DNA from: an uncultured Phycisphaerales bacterium
GTDB lineage: Bacteria > Planctomycetota > Phycisphaerae > SM23-33 > FEN-1343
Assembly (NCBI GenBank): GCA_963785635.1
Contig: CAWAWB010000021.1
Coordinates: forward strand, 41,002-105,001
Reading direction: 5' to 3'
Length of the DNA stretch: 64,000 bases
Shown in pieces: positions 1-10,231 of this stretch. The notes beneath the pieces were generated by a model. That model did no database searches. It had not been told where the DNA came from and worked only from the letters and a program-made list of their open reading frames with translations. The first letter of the stretch is position 1; each line of letters begins with the position of its first letter. The position numbers and the translations under genes are program-made.

Positions 1-269
1 GCCGCACGCTGAGCGACGAGCTGTTTGCAACCACGCTCATTCCGCAATCGATCTCGCAGATGATCGCCTGCGGCGACAAGAGCGGACGGCTGTCCGACGT
101 GATGAATCGCATCTGCGATTTCTGCGAATCGGACCTGAGAATCGGCGTAAAAACCCTCACCGCCATGATGGAGCCGGCCATGATCATCATCATGGGCGTG
201 CTGGTCGGCGGCATCGCCATGGCCTTGCTGCTGCCCATTTTCAGCATCTCCAGCGTCATCGCAAAATAA
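1..269 (+). CDS. Type II secretion/type IV pilus F-family protein (PilC/GspF), C-terminal part, 5'-truncated by window
   Basis: C-terminus GDKSGRL...TLTAMMEPAMIIIMGVLVGGIAMALLLPIF is the typical GspF/PilC ending. Confidence 0.85.
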   Translation, partial: RTLSDELFATTLIPQSISQMIACGDKSGRLSDVMNRICDFCESDLRIGVKTLTAMMEPAMIIIMGVLVGGIAMALLLPIFSISSVIAK

Positions 270-398
270 GCTTTGGCCGCCCTGATTTTTCGCATTTTCA
301 GGTACGGCCGCACTTTGCGCGATTTTTTCCACACCTGCGCAAGCCTGTTTGATTGTCCTCCATCAGGTTATAATTCGCAATTCTGACGGAGTGGCCCT

Positions 399-1355
399 AT
401 GGCCAAAAGGGATTATTACGAAATTCTGGGAGTGGTGCGCTCGGCCAGCACCGAGGACATCAAGAAGGCTTACCGTCGGTTGGCACGCAAGTACCATCCC
501 GACGTGAACAAGGCCGCCGATGCCGCCGAGCGTTTCGCCGAGGTACACGAGGCGTACGAGGTGCTGTCCGACAAGGACAAGCGTTCCAAGTACGATTACC
601 TCGGCCATGAAGGCCTGCGATCGGGCCCCTCGCCCGGGGCCGTGCGCCCGGCGGCGGTCAGCGTGTGCGCTGGTCGACGGGCGGGCCAGGCGCGGAAGGT
701 TTTGAGGAGTTCTTCGGCGGTGGCGGCGGCGGGGCTTCGACCATCGACCTTGAAGAACTGCTGGGTTCGATGGGCATGGGCGGGGGGCGAAGGGGAGTCA
801 GACAGCCGCGCAGGGGCCAGGATGTCGAATACGAGATGACATTGGATTTTCTCCAGGCCGTCAACGGCGTCACCACGACCATCGAGCTCGCCTAAGCCGA
901 ATGGCCGCGGCACGGAACGCATCGAGGTAAAAATCCCTGCGGGCGTGGAGGATGGCTCCCGCATCCGCCTGCGCGGCAAAGGGCAACCGGGTGTAAACAA
1001 CGGGCCTCCTGGCGACTTATATATAGTGGCTCGTGTGCGGGAACATCCCTACTACCGCCGCGAGGGCGCCGATATTTACGTGGACCTGCCTGTCACCGTC
1101 ACCGAGGCGGCGCTGGGGGCCAAGGTGGAAGTTCCCACGCTGGATGGGCCGACGATTTTAACCGTGCCGGCAGGCGCCAGTTGCGGCGTCAAGCTGCGCT
1201 TAAAAGGCAAAGGCGTGCGCACCAGCTCGGGGCGCGGCGATGAATATGCGGTCGTGAAGATCATCGTGCCCAAACCGGTCAGCGAAAAGGGCAAGGACCT
1301 GCTCAAGGAGTTGGCACAGAGCGACCCCTATAACCCACGCAAGGGCATCTGGTGA
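399..1355 (+). CDS. Class B DnaJ/CbpA-like co-chaperone (J-domain, G/F region, C-terminal domain; no zinc finger), split by apparent frameshifts
   Basis: RDYYEILGV...KYHPD J-domain in 399..839; G-rich linker and GQDVEY in 665..895; [18 protein letters not shown] in 945..1355. Confidence 0.85.
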
Positions 1356-1750
1356 ACAAAAACCAGGCCAACGAGTTCTGGCGGGCCACCACTTTCGCGC
1401 TGCTGGCAGTGGCGCTGATGGGACTGGTGTCGACTATGGGCTTCCTGCTGATCACAATTCGGACGCTGCAAACCAGTTCCCGCCACTTCCACCAGGGATT
1501 GTTCCTGACGGACCCGTTTCGCAAGTTCCTGGTGACCATGGCGGTGATCGTGGGGTTGCTGCTGGTCTTCTCCGTCTTCTGCACGGCGGTGCTGGTCATC
1601 CGGTACTTCACGCACCGCATGCGCTCGCTCCAGCTTAAGCACCCGCCCACGCCGTACGTGGACGCCTGGAAGATCGCCGGGGAGCGGCTGGAAGTTCCAG
1701 CGGATGATCCGCCGGGCGATACGGCCACGGAGGGAGAGACGGAGAGCTAG
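1352..1750 (+). CDS. Hypothetical two-TM membrane protein
   Basis: GTGA overlap with upstream stop; two hydrophobic segments; C-terminal YVDAWKIAGERL. Confidence 0.65.
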   Translation: MNKNQANEFWRATTFALLAVALMGLVSTMGFLLITIRTLQTSSRHFHQGLFLTDPFRKFLVTMAVIVGLLLVFSVFCTAVLVIRYFTHRMRSLQLKHPPTPYVDAWKIAGERLEVPADDPPGDTATEGETES

Positions 1751-1778
1751 GCCGGAGACTGGAGACTGAAGAAACGGC

Positions 1779-1915
1779 GAATATCGAATATCGAACAAGG
1801 AATATCGAAGTCAGAAGTCAGAACTGCGCGGCGGTTTGATCGCAATATTGCGACCGCTTCGCCAGCGGGTCTTCACTTCGCTATTCGATATTCGGTGTTC
1901 GATATTCGATATTCT
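1779..1915. repeat. Inverted pair of heptamer arrays (AATATCG)n ... (CGATATT)n
   Basis: gaatatcgaatatcgaacaaggaatatcgaag near 1779-1810; ttcgatattcggtgttcgatattcgatattc near 1885-1915. Confidence 0.8.
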
Positions 1916-2044
1916 TTTCGGGCCGTGAGGGCGTTCCATTTGCAGTTCGCACCTTTCCAGCCCAGGTCGCTATTCACTTGTCAAGAATCGTTTCTGGCCG
2001 CACACAGTTGCGGCCAGGCTCGCGCGGCCGCGAGCGACGACTGT

Positions 2045-2175
2045 GGAATTGCGGATTTCGAATTGCGGATTGCGGATTGGGGGAAACAGCCGGAACAAAC
2101 GGAGGTTTTATGAAGCATTCCTCCTGGAGTTCCGGCCGTTCAATTCACAATCCGAAATCTGCAATCCGCAATTCC
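2045..2175. repeat. Inverted pair of heptamer arrays (ATTGCGG)n ... (AATCCGC)n; same family at 39809-39841
   Basis: ggaattgcggatttcgaattgcggattgcggatt / caatccgaaatctgcaatccgcaattcc. Confidence 0.8.
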
Positions 2176-2426
2176 TCCGTAAGGACGCATGGGGTTTAGG
2201 GGTTATAGCGGCGGTTCTGCACAGCCGCGCTCTAGTCAAACGCCGGCCGGAGTTCTTCAGGCCGTGTACTGGCGGGCTGGCCTGGCTTTTTGGGCTGCCA
2301 GTCGTTCCGGCCAGAATGGTGAAGCGCTCACGGTTTTTCTCAATCCCGGCTTGGGGCCGGCGCACGAGGGAATTTTCGATTTTTGATTTGCGATTAAAGA
2401 GCCAAATTGGCCTATGGCACGGGAAT

Positions 2427-2527
2427 CACCAAGAGCACCAAGTGCACCAAGAACACCAAGAAGAAATTAAAAGCTTTTCTTCTCTTTTTTTACTTGGCGC
2501 TCTTTGTGGCCTTGGTGAGCTTGGTGT
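2427..2527. repeat. Inverted pair of nonamer arrays (CACCAAGAG-like); family also at 19263-19400, 31700-31795, 43340-43440, 58835-58928
   Basis: caccaagagcaccaagtgcaccaagaacaccaag ... cttggcgctctttgtggccttggtgagcttggtg. Confidence 0.8.
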
Positions 2528-2954
2528 TAAGACGTTTTCACGAACAGGATCACCGACTTTCAAATGAGTCTCCTTCTTCACTGCTAAACCCCATGCTTAT
2601 GATGCGTACTGGTTGGGAGTCAGGTTGTGGTTCTTTCGTTCGCAGGGCGAACGAGAATTTCTCCCACACGATGTATTAAACCCCTCGCGGGATTTGAGCA
2701 CACCCGAGGGCCTTCCAGCGCTGGTCGCGTGATGACGGCCGGATCGCTGACGCCTGTTCGAGTGCGGTTGTTGTTGATGAGTTTCGGGGACGGAGCACTT
2801 AATTCACGGCAGTGTCACGGGCTTGTCCTTCGCGGCATAATTTGGAATAGTGCTCCGTCCCCCAACTCTCCCTCTATTAGTACAGTTCCAAAAAACGGGA
2901 CTTTACTATCATCAAAAAAGCTGTTTTTTAAAGATTTTTTTGGGCCTCTATTAG

Positions 2955-4495
2955 CACTACAACGCCACCTGATCCATTATGCAGCAACGTATTGACGATA
3001 TTCGAATGCCAAGGCTACGCAACCGTCGCTTGCGTGTTTTCACGTGGCAGCGTCGCGCTTTCTCGTTTCGTGCCTGCGTTTGAGTAATAATCTCCGCCTC
3101 CCTGGCCAGGAAGCTTTGACGAACCTGTCCCGTCAGCCACAGGGAACGCACCAGCGCCGCGGCCGCCTGGCGAATCTGGCATACGGTCAGCTGCGGATTT
3201 TTCCCCCCGCCACTGTTCCTGAACCGTGGCCAGGAACAGGTGGCTGACGGCCGTCAGCAGCAGATGACGCTTCAAGGAGCGATACCGGCGAACCTCAAAA
3301 TGGTCCAGCCCCAACTCGGACTTTTCCACCTCGAAGCATTGCTCGACCCTGTACCGCGTGAAGGCCACGTGCAACATCACCTCCAGCGGCGTGCCACCCG
3401 GCGCGTTGGAGACGAAGTATTTCACCTCCTGCGGCGCCAAAATGTTGCGGGCCACAATCAACCAATGCGCCCGCGTCGGCAGACCATCCCGTTTCAAATA
3501 CAGCCGCGCCGCCTTGACCTGCCAAACCTCCGGTCCCACCGTGCTGTCCTTGACATGGAACTTCCGCCACGCTTGTTTGCGAAAAGCTGCCCCGTAGCGC
3601 AGCATGTGGCGAACCTGGATGCAGGGCAGGGTCTTGACCTTCAGACGGGGATAATGCCTCGGCCGGCCGCGCCGCGTGGCCGCACGATGCTGTTTTTGAA
3701 GAACCTCCGGTTCGCGCAGCCAGCCGTAGAAAATCGACGGCACTTCCAGGACGTAGCGCTGGCCGCACTCGTCCAGGGCGCGATGAAAGTCCGGCACTTC
3801 GCCATAACCTTCATCCCCCGTCATCCATTCAAACCGAATCCCGTTGGCCACGGCGGCGGCACGCAGTTCCAGGGCGATCTGCCACTTGGGGCGATGCTGC
3901 ATTGTGTCCGGGATGCCCGCCCCCCGGCACCGAGCACGATCATCGGACCATTCCTGCGGCAAGAACATCTCCCCCGGAAGCAGGGTGTGAAAGGCGCCCG
4001 CCACATAGCTGATATGCACCGTAACCACGCAGTTATCCACCTTGCCCGTGGCGCCGCAATATTGACGCTGCACGCCGGCGGTCTTGTCGCCCTTCTTGGG
4101 ATGGGCCGTCTCATCCAACACGCCAATCGACAGGGGGTGGCTGTGTTGATCGCCCACGATCTGCATCAACCGTGGGCCATGCGCGCATCATCCCAGTCTG
4201 CCAGCGACAGGAACTGCTGAAGCGTCCGCGGCGGAACGTCGGCCCGGTCCGCCATCGGCTCGATGCTCTTGCGCGGCAGATCCGACAATTGACCGTTGAC
4301 GTAAACCCGCAGGTTGCCACAGGGCTCGCTGCGGCTGAAACAGTCGTCAAATTGTCCCAGGTACTGTTCCAACATCGGCTTGAGCTCTCGCAATTGCTTG
4401 GCATCCATGCCGTATCTCCTTTCGGGAAAAGCGCTCCCGAAAGGAACTATCGTCTGGCCGCCTGAGCTTTCTTGAGCCCAGATGGCGTTGTAGTG
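2955..4495 (-). mobile_element. IS701-family insertion sequence
   Basis: 17-bp terminal inverted repeats cactacaacgccacctg (2955-2971) / cagatggcgttgtagtg (4479-4495), 1 mismatch; 4-bp TTAG duplication at 2951-2954 and 4496-4499. Confidence 0.92.
3015..4408 (-). CDS. IS701-family DDE transposase, split near 4170 by a frameshift
   Basis: RKSIEPMA, LQQFLS, DETAHPKKGDKTAGVQRQYCGATGKVDNC, DEGYG, RYRVEQCFE...ELGLDHFEVR motifs. Confidence 0.9.
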
Positions 4496-4699
4496 TTAGT
4501 ACAGTCCCTCGCGGCGGTTTGGGCAAGCTAGGCAATCTGGGTAAGAACGAATCAGGCAAAGAATCTCCCCCCATTAAGTACGTACGCGGCGGAGGGGGTC
4601 CGCAAAACCGGTTTTAAAGATTTTTTGAAAATGACAGCCGCGCAAATTCGCAATTGCGAATGTTTTGCCCGCCGCGCGGCGGTTTTCCCCAGGGCCAAA

Positions 4700-4880
4700 G
4701 GCCCTTCGGGGCGATTGACTGCACTCGTTTCAGTCGCCCCGCCGGGGCTCTTCATCCGGCGCGACAAACCACCACGGGCGCGCGCCCGTGGCTATTTTCA
4801 AGGAAATCTATGCACCTGACCCCTGCTGGGGCTCCAACGCTAACTGCTTTCTTTCCACGGGCTTGCGCCCGTGGCTATTT
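4700..4880. repeat. Cluster of REP-like GC-rich palindromes
   Basis: gcccttcggggc; gccccgccggggct; ccacgggcgcgcgcccgtggctattttcaagg, with a near-copy ccacgggcttgcgcccgtggctattttcaagg. Confidence 0.65.
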
Positions 4881-4999
4881 TCAAGGAAGAGGCGGGAATT
4901 ATCGGACACCCTCGGAAAAGAATCCAGCCACGGCACCCGGCAGGCGGGCAATATTTATAGTGCCGTAGGCACGACAGAATGCAGCCCCGCCTTTCAAGG

Positions 5000-6477
5000 C
5001 TTGTCCTTACCCACATTTTTCTTTGTTGGCCATGTCATAACCATGGGCGGTCCAGATCAGTTTGCGTAAACCACGCCAGATGGTCTGCCAGCCCGGATTG
5101 CCATCGCCTTTGCGGCCCGGGAATCCGCCAAAGCGGGCCACGGCGATCAGCGCCGTAGCGTTCGTCCAGCCCCCGGCGGGCCGGCCGTACTCGGCCTCCA
5201 GGATCGCCAACGCCTCTGGGCCGATCGCCTCTGCGCTCACCGGCTCAGCCGCGCAGGTCCCGGCCAGCAGTTTCATATTCAGCAGCCGCACCGCCACCAC
5301 CGCCAGAATGCCCAGCAGGGAGGTGATCCGCTGCGCCGTGGTCAGTTGACTGTGTTCAATACCCGTGCCGGTCTTGAGCGCCTTGTGATACTCTTCGATC
5401 AGCCAGCGCCGCGTGTACGCCTTGATCACGCGCATGGCCTGCTCGAAAGTCTCGACCGGCCAATCCGTCAGCAGCACCCAGTGAATCGGCTGCAGTCCCT
5501 CCGGCGGGTTTATTTCGCACGCCTCCACCACGTTGACAGTGCGCGGCGGCCGCCAGCCGCCGGGGCGATACGGGCCACGCAAGCTGATCGCGCAGGCGCG
5601 CACGGACAGCTGCGCCCGCCGCGCCGCCTGCCCTGGCCGGGCGCGTAAATCTATGAAAAACCTGCCCAATTCCGCACTTTCGGCCACGGCCGTGAATACC
5701 GAGCCGGCCTCATCGGCCAGGGCCCGCGCCTGGTTCGCGCGCAGGATAAAGTGCCAGTGATTATCCTGGCAGCGCTCGAATGTCTCATAAATGTCGGATT
5801 CGCGGTCGGCCACAAAGGTCCAGCGCACCTCCGGCGGCGGAGCGTCCACTTGTTCCACCACCGCCGCCCAGCGCTGCGACTCCCGCGGCCGATTCCAGCG
5901 GCCGCGTTTTTTATTTTTGACGCCAAGGGCGGGCTTGGTCCGGGCCCACCAGCGCTGATCGAACAGCCCCTCGACAATCACCTGCGGCTCGTGTTCCTCG
6001 TTCCAACGCTCGATGACCAAGGCCAAAGTGGAGTGCACAAATAAGCCGCGGCCGCCATCATCGCCGATGCGCCCCAGATCCTGCGCGGCCACGTGCGCAG
6101 TGAAATCCAGAGTCGTGGTGTCCTCGACCAGCAGATACTCGCCCGCCTGACGGCAACTGGCGCGCACACGCTCCAAATGCGGGGCGATGACGCCGTCATA
6201 GGTGACGTCCGGCTGCTCCAGCAACCGGTACGCGGCCTTGGCCTGCGCCCAGCGCGTGAAGGATTCTGGCAAGGTGCCGTGAGGATCTGAGGCCATGCTG
6301 GCTGCCGTACGAATCAATCGAGACTGGCGTCTGCGATCGCCCAACTGGGCGCCATCAAACTCCACCGCCGCCCACTCCGAGACGGACATAAGTGTGGTTG
6401 CCATCAGCGATTCTCCTTAATCGCGCCTGACATTGCCATCGGCAAAACCACACTGGGAAAATGTGGGTAAGGACAAG
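5000..6477 (-). mobile_element. IS4-family (IS50/Tn5-like) insertion sequence
   Basis: Perfect 20-bp TIRs cttgtccttacccacatttt (5000-5019) / aaaatgtgggtaaggacaag (6458-6477); 10-bp duplication cctttcaagg at 4990-4999 and 6478-6487. Confidence 0.95.
5007..6404 (-). CDS. IS4-family Tn5-like transposase, intact (465 aa)
   Basis: LGDRRR, EDTTTLDF, VADRESDIYE, YTRRWLIEEYHKALKTG (YREK), GGFPGRKGDGNPGWQTIWRG. Confidence 0.95.
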   Translation of the reverse strand: MATTLMSVSEWAAVEFDGAQLGDRRRQSRLIRTAASMASDPHGTLPESFTRWAQAKAAYRLLEQPDVTYDGVIAPHLERVRASCRQAGEYLLVEDTTTLDFTAHVAAQDLGRIGDDGGRGLFVHSTLALVIERWNEEHEPQVIVEGLFDQRWWARTKPALGVKNKKRGRWNRPRESQRWAAVVEQVDAPPPEVRWTFVADRESDIYETFERCQDNHWHFILRANQARALADEAGSVFTAVAESAELGRFFIDLRARPGQAARRAQLSVRACAISLRGPYRPGGWRPPRTVNVVEACEINPPEGLQPIHWVLLTDWPVETFEQAMRVIKAYTRRWLIEEYHKALKTGTGIEHSQLTTAQRITSLLGILAVVAVRLLNMKLLAGTCAAEPVSAEAIGPEALAILEAEYGRPAGGWTNATALIAVARFGGFPGRKGDGNPGWQTIWRGLRKLIWTAHGYDMANKEKCG

Positions 6478-6620
6478 CCTTTCAAGGCGGGGTCCGCCGC
6501 GGGATGAATGGGGAGTGCCGTAGGCACGGCACATAATTCGATAGGCAGCCTGCCTCCCGAGGGTTTTGTGCCGTGCCTACGGCACTCCATGGGAGCGGGG
6601 TCGCCTTACCCAGCACTGAA

Positions 6621-7575
6621 AAAGGTTATTGCATCTAGGCTATAAGTGTTTGTCTTTCGCTGCGGACATAATGAAAGATCAGTTTTGCCTGCACCCAAAG
6701 ACGAACACGAAAGTGTGTCCGTACCCAGGGCGGCAGATGCTTAATCCCGCAACCGCTGCTATTCCAGGCGCCAAAGAATCGGTCAATGCTGGCGCACTGT
6801 TTAAGTAAGCCGTATCCAAAAGGCCGGCTGCACAGGTCAATCGACCGCAGACGATACGGGCTTTGTCGGCGATGTCCCAAACGAGCGCCTTTCCTTTTGG
6901 GAACCACCAGCTGAATTCCTTTGGCCCCAGCATGGTCAAAGAGTTTGTTGTTGTCATACTCCCCATCGCCGAGCAAATAACCCTCTCCGTTAACGTCGCG
7001 GAGCAGCCGCTGCGCCATGCGTTGTTCGTTGCAGTGCATGGGCCCCACGCGCCAGGCGACAGCGACGCCGCCGGGAGTGCAAATGGCATAAAACTTATAG
7101 CCTTTGGCCTTCCCTGTGGCCGCGCGGCCGAAGCCGGCCTGGCGGTCATGCGAGGCACTGCCGATCACCAAGGGCATGGCGTCGATGCAGCGCCAAAGGC
7201 TCTGACCGAAGTGCTGACGATAGTGTTCTTCCAGGTCCACGAGCAACGCTTGCACCGGTGCCGTTCGCAAGCGCCGCGACATGCACGAAGGACTGGGCAG
7301 ATCGCCCAGGCTCGGCTCAGGCCAATTGCGTTCATCACACGCCCAGCAGGTCGGCCGATCATGCAGCACGGCCCAGAGATAAACCGCCACAATGCGCCGT
7401 GTTGAATACTGCACCTTCGCTTGGGAATACTTCTTGCCCGAAATCACAAGCAGTTCGTACACTCGCTTCCAGAGTTCGCCTTCCATGGCCAGTCTCCTTC
7501 TGTAATGAGTGGGAGACATTGTGGAGGCGAACTTCTTATTGCGCAATAGGTTACATCAATTTTGCAAAATCCTCT
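6621..7575 (-). mobile_element. Short IS (~955 bp) with DDE transposase (IS982/IS5-like; family uncertain)
   Basis: Imperfect ends aaaggttattgca / tgcaaaatcctct (10/13 match); flanks rejoin into the palindrome cccagcactgaaagtgctggg with a 3-6 bp duplication. Confidence 0.75.
6635..7486 (-). CDS. DDE transposase (DDE_Tnp_1-like)
   Basis: IDAMPL, GYKFYAI, LLGDGEYD motifs; AGGAG RBS before MEGELW start at 7486. Confidence 0.8.
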   Translation of the reverse strand: MEGELWKRVYELLVISGKKYSQAKVQYSTRRIVAVYLWAVLHDRPTCWACDERNWPEPSLGDLPSPSCMSRRLRTAPVQALLVDLEEHYRQHFGQSLWRCIDAMPLVIGSASHDRQAGFGRAATGKAKGYKFYAICTPGGVAVAWRVGPMHCNEQRMAQRLLRDVNGEGYLLGDGEYDNNKLFDHAGAKGIQLVVPKRKGARLGHRRQSPYRLRSIDLCSRPFGYGLLKQCASIDRFFGAWNSSGCGIKHLPPWVRTHFRVRLWVQAKLIFHYVRSERQTLIA

Positions 7576-7779
7576 GAAAGTGCTGGGCTGCGCACTAACG
7601 GTCCCTAGGGGACCTCAAGAAAAGGGCTACGGATCGAGATGTGGCATAGCCAGCTTGTCACGGCGAAGCGGAGCGAAGAAGGGCCCTCGGCTGTGCATTT
7701 TCAGAATGATGGGGCTGCAAACGCCGCAGCCAGGGCCTGGGTTTCCTTATTGCGCCTCTGCGAGTTGAAGAGGTGGCTG

Positions 7780-8430
7780 CACCCTCACCCGGCCTTCGGC
7801 CACCCTCTCCCTTCAAGGGAGAGGGGTTGCAGCCACGGCACCCAGCTCTTGGTCGGCTCCACAAGATGCCCGCAAATTGATAGCCGAGAATTGCTGTAAG
7901 TGGTTCCGCGAAAAAAAGTGTCTCTCCCTTATATACGGACGCGAAAGTGGGGGTCGGTATTCATAAAAATAAAAAAATCTGCTTAAGTGTTACACTGCCC
8001 CCTTACAGACGTCACAGTTTACCCAGCTTAACAGGTTTTTGGGGCCTCCAGAGCGATTTTCGAGAGGGCACTGAGCGCTGCAAAAATGGCACTTAGGACA
8101 AAAGCAGGGCACAGGTTACAGGGCACAGGTTACAGGGTGCGGGGTGCGGGAGCGTCTCAGATAGGCGAGAGTCTTTCCCGCCTCGTACTCCACGGCAAGA
8201 AGAAACGTGGCTGCACACCCTCACCCTGCTTCGCCGAAGGCTACGCAGGGCAGGCCCTGCTTCGCTAAAGCTTCCGGCTTCGCTACCGCTACGCCGTGAC
8301 AAGTCGCAGGGCAAGCCCGCCCCTTCGGGGCATCCCGCTCCGCTGAAGCTTCGCAGGACAAGCCCTCTCCCAGGGGAGAGTGGTTCACCCTCACCCCGCT
8401 TCGCTAAAGCTTCGCAGGGCAAGCCCGGCA
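7780..8430. repeat. REP-like CCCTCACCC...CCCTCTCCC...GGGAGAG palindromes plus CTTCGCTAAAGCTTCG units; family also at 58020-58068
   Basis: ccctcacccggccttcggccaccctctcccttcaagggagagggg and further copies at 8217-8430. Confidence 0.7.
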
Positions 8431-8594
8431 CCTCTGGTAGATGCCCTTTTAATAAAGCTCAGAAGTTTCCTGCGCCTTGGCTGGGAGTCCTTTTCGAGCC
8501 CGAACCAAGTTCTGCCGACGGCAGTAAATGAATTGTTGAGGATGGTCGAACAGATATAATCCCTTAACTGTCTTGAATTGGAGAAACTGCGCTG

Positions 8595-9869
8595 ATGAGC
8601 AAAAAAGTCCGCAAGGGCCTCATAATCTCGGTCAAAATTGCCATCAGCATCGCCTTGCTGTACTGGGTGCTCCAGCGCGTCAGTTGGAATGATTTTGTCC
8701 AGAGCGCGGATGGCCGCGCGAATGTCCCGGTGCTGGATGTGCAGGCGGGGGGGCCGGACCAGCTCAAGCTCACGCTGAGCAATGGTTCGCAGAAGATTCA
8801 ACCGGCGGGCGAACTGAAATCCATCGATCCTAAAGCGTCCTTTTCTCCTGACAACTATCGCCGCCGCGGATTCCATTGGGCGATCAGCCACATGAATTAC
8901 TGGCTGCTGGCCGTGGCGGTAATCATCACGCCCCTGCAACTTTTTGGCATGGCGTACCGCTGGTGGCGCTTGCTGGTTGTCCAGGGGATAAAGATTTCCT
9001 ACTGGGAGACCGTTCGTCTGACGTGGCTGGGGAGCTTCTTTAATTACATCATCCTGGGCACGACCGGCGGCGACCTGGTGAAGGCGTATTACGCCTCGCG
9101 CCACACCGAGCATAAGACCGAATGCCTGGTGACGGTATTTATCGACCGCGTAGTCGGCTTTTTCGGCCTGACGCTGCTGTCGGCGGTCATGCTGCTGATC
9201 GTTTTTTCATGCAAGGCCCTCGGCGTTGGGAGATGTTTTGATGCGGTCAACCTTAAGGATCTTCATTCGACCGCATTGTGGATCGGAATCTTTCTTGGCG
9301 GCTTGCTGGTTTGCGGCGCGGTTGGCCTGAGCGGCCGGCTGCGGCGCCTGCTGCACATCAGCGCCATCTATGATCGCCTGCCGCTGCGCGGCCAGATTTC
9401 CCGAGTCGGCCAGTCGCTGCAATTATTCCGCCACCACATCGGCGCGGTGGTCAAGGCCTCGGAGCAGACCGTGATTCTCCAGCTCATGTTCATCGTGAGC
9501 ATTATCTTCATGGGCGCCAGCCTGCACATGGGCATTCCTTTTTATCAGTACCTGATCTACATCCCGCTGATCTACATCATCGCCGCCATACCTATCGTTC
9601 CGGGCGGCGTAGGTTTGGCGGAGACGGTTTACATCACTTCGTTCGTCGCCTTCGCCGGCCAGAGCGAGATTCTGGCCCTGGCGCTCTTAGCCAGGCTGAT
9701 CCCCATGTTCTCGGCGCTGCCTGGGGTGCTGGTGGCCATTACGGGACCGAAGATTCCACCCGCCGAGCAGATCCAGGCGGAAATGGCCGCCGCGCAGGCC
9801 CGGGAGATGGCGGCAACCACAGGTTCGCCCGAGCCGACCGCCGCGGAAAATTGCAAAACCGCCCTCTGA
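8595..9869 (+). CDS. Lysylphosphatidylglycerol synthase TM-domain / flippase-like membrane protein (UPF0104)
   Basis: RWWRLL, GSFFN...GGDLVKAYY, IDRVVG, PIVPGGVGLAE motifs; multiple TM segments. Confidence 0.85.
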   Translation: MSKKVRKGLIISVKIAISIALLYWVLQRVSWNDFVQSADGRANVPVLDVQAGGPDQLKLTLSNGSQKIQPAGELKSIDPKASFSPDNYRRRGFHWAISHMNYWLLAVAVIITPLQLFGMAYRWWRLLVVQGIKISYWETVRLTWLGSFFNYIILGTTGGDLVKAYYASRHTEHKTECLVTVFIDRVVGFFGLTLLSAVMLLIVFSCKALGVGRCFDAVNLKDLHSTALWIGIFLGGLLVCGAVGLSGRLRRLLHISAIYDRLPLRGQISRVGQSLQLFRHHIGAVVKASEQTVILQLMFIVSIIFMGASLHMGIPFYQYLIYIPLIYIIAAIPIVPGGVGLAETVYITSFVAFAGQSEILALALLARLIPMFSALPGVLVAITGPKIPPAEQIQAEMAAAQAREMAATTGSPEPTAAENCKTAL

Positions 9870-10022
9870 AGCTGGACTGATAAATGGCGCATTTTTGAGA
9901 TTTTCTGCTCGCCCTGGCCCGCATAAGCGGCACAGTCCGCACAAACGCTAAACCCGCACGTTCCAGTTTTCCAGTTTCGGGGACGGAGCACTCAATTCCT
10001 ATCAAAAGGCCAGGAAAGAATA

Positions 10023-10105
10023 GCAGGGATGCAGGGGATGCAAGGGATAAGACTAAGAGCCAACGACTTTTGTGTTTATTACCTGTATCCTTTGCATCAC
10101 TGCTA
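10023..10105. repeat. Inverted GCAGGGAT(G/A)CAGGGGAT array family; also 29249-29413, 30722-30810, 50430-50550
   Basis: gcagggatgcaggggatgcaagggataa ... tatcccctgtatcccctgcatccctgct-type pairs. Confidence 0.8.
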
Positions 10106-10231
10106 AGTTTTTCTTTTCGCCAGCGGCCGGACGTAAAACTGCCCATGTCCCCGTAGGTGCTTAAGTGACCTTTGCTCCCTGCCGATGAGCATGAGGCAGG
10201 GCGTTCATGTCCTGCGCAGGAGCGGTCTGTC

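Noticed and set aside
1895-2995. ORFs across 1895-2995 and 7560-8430
   Set aside because: They translate repeat arrays (IADCGL, FDIRYS, PSPR-type peptides) and have no recognisable domains.
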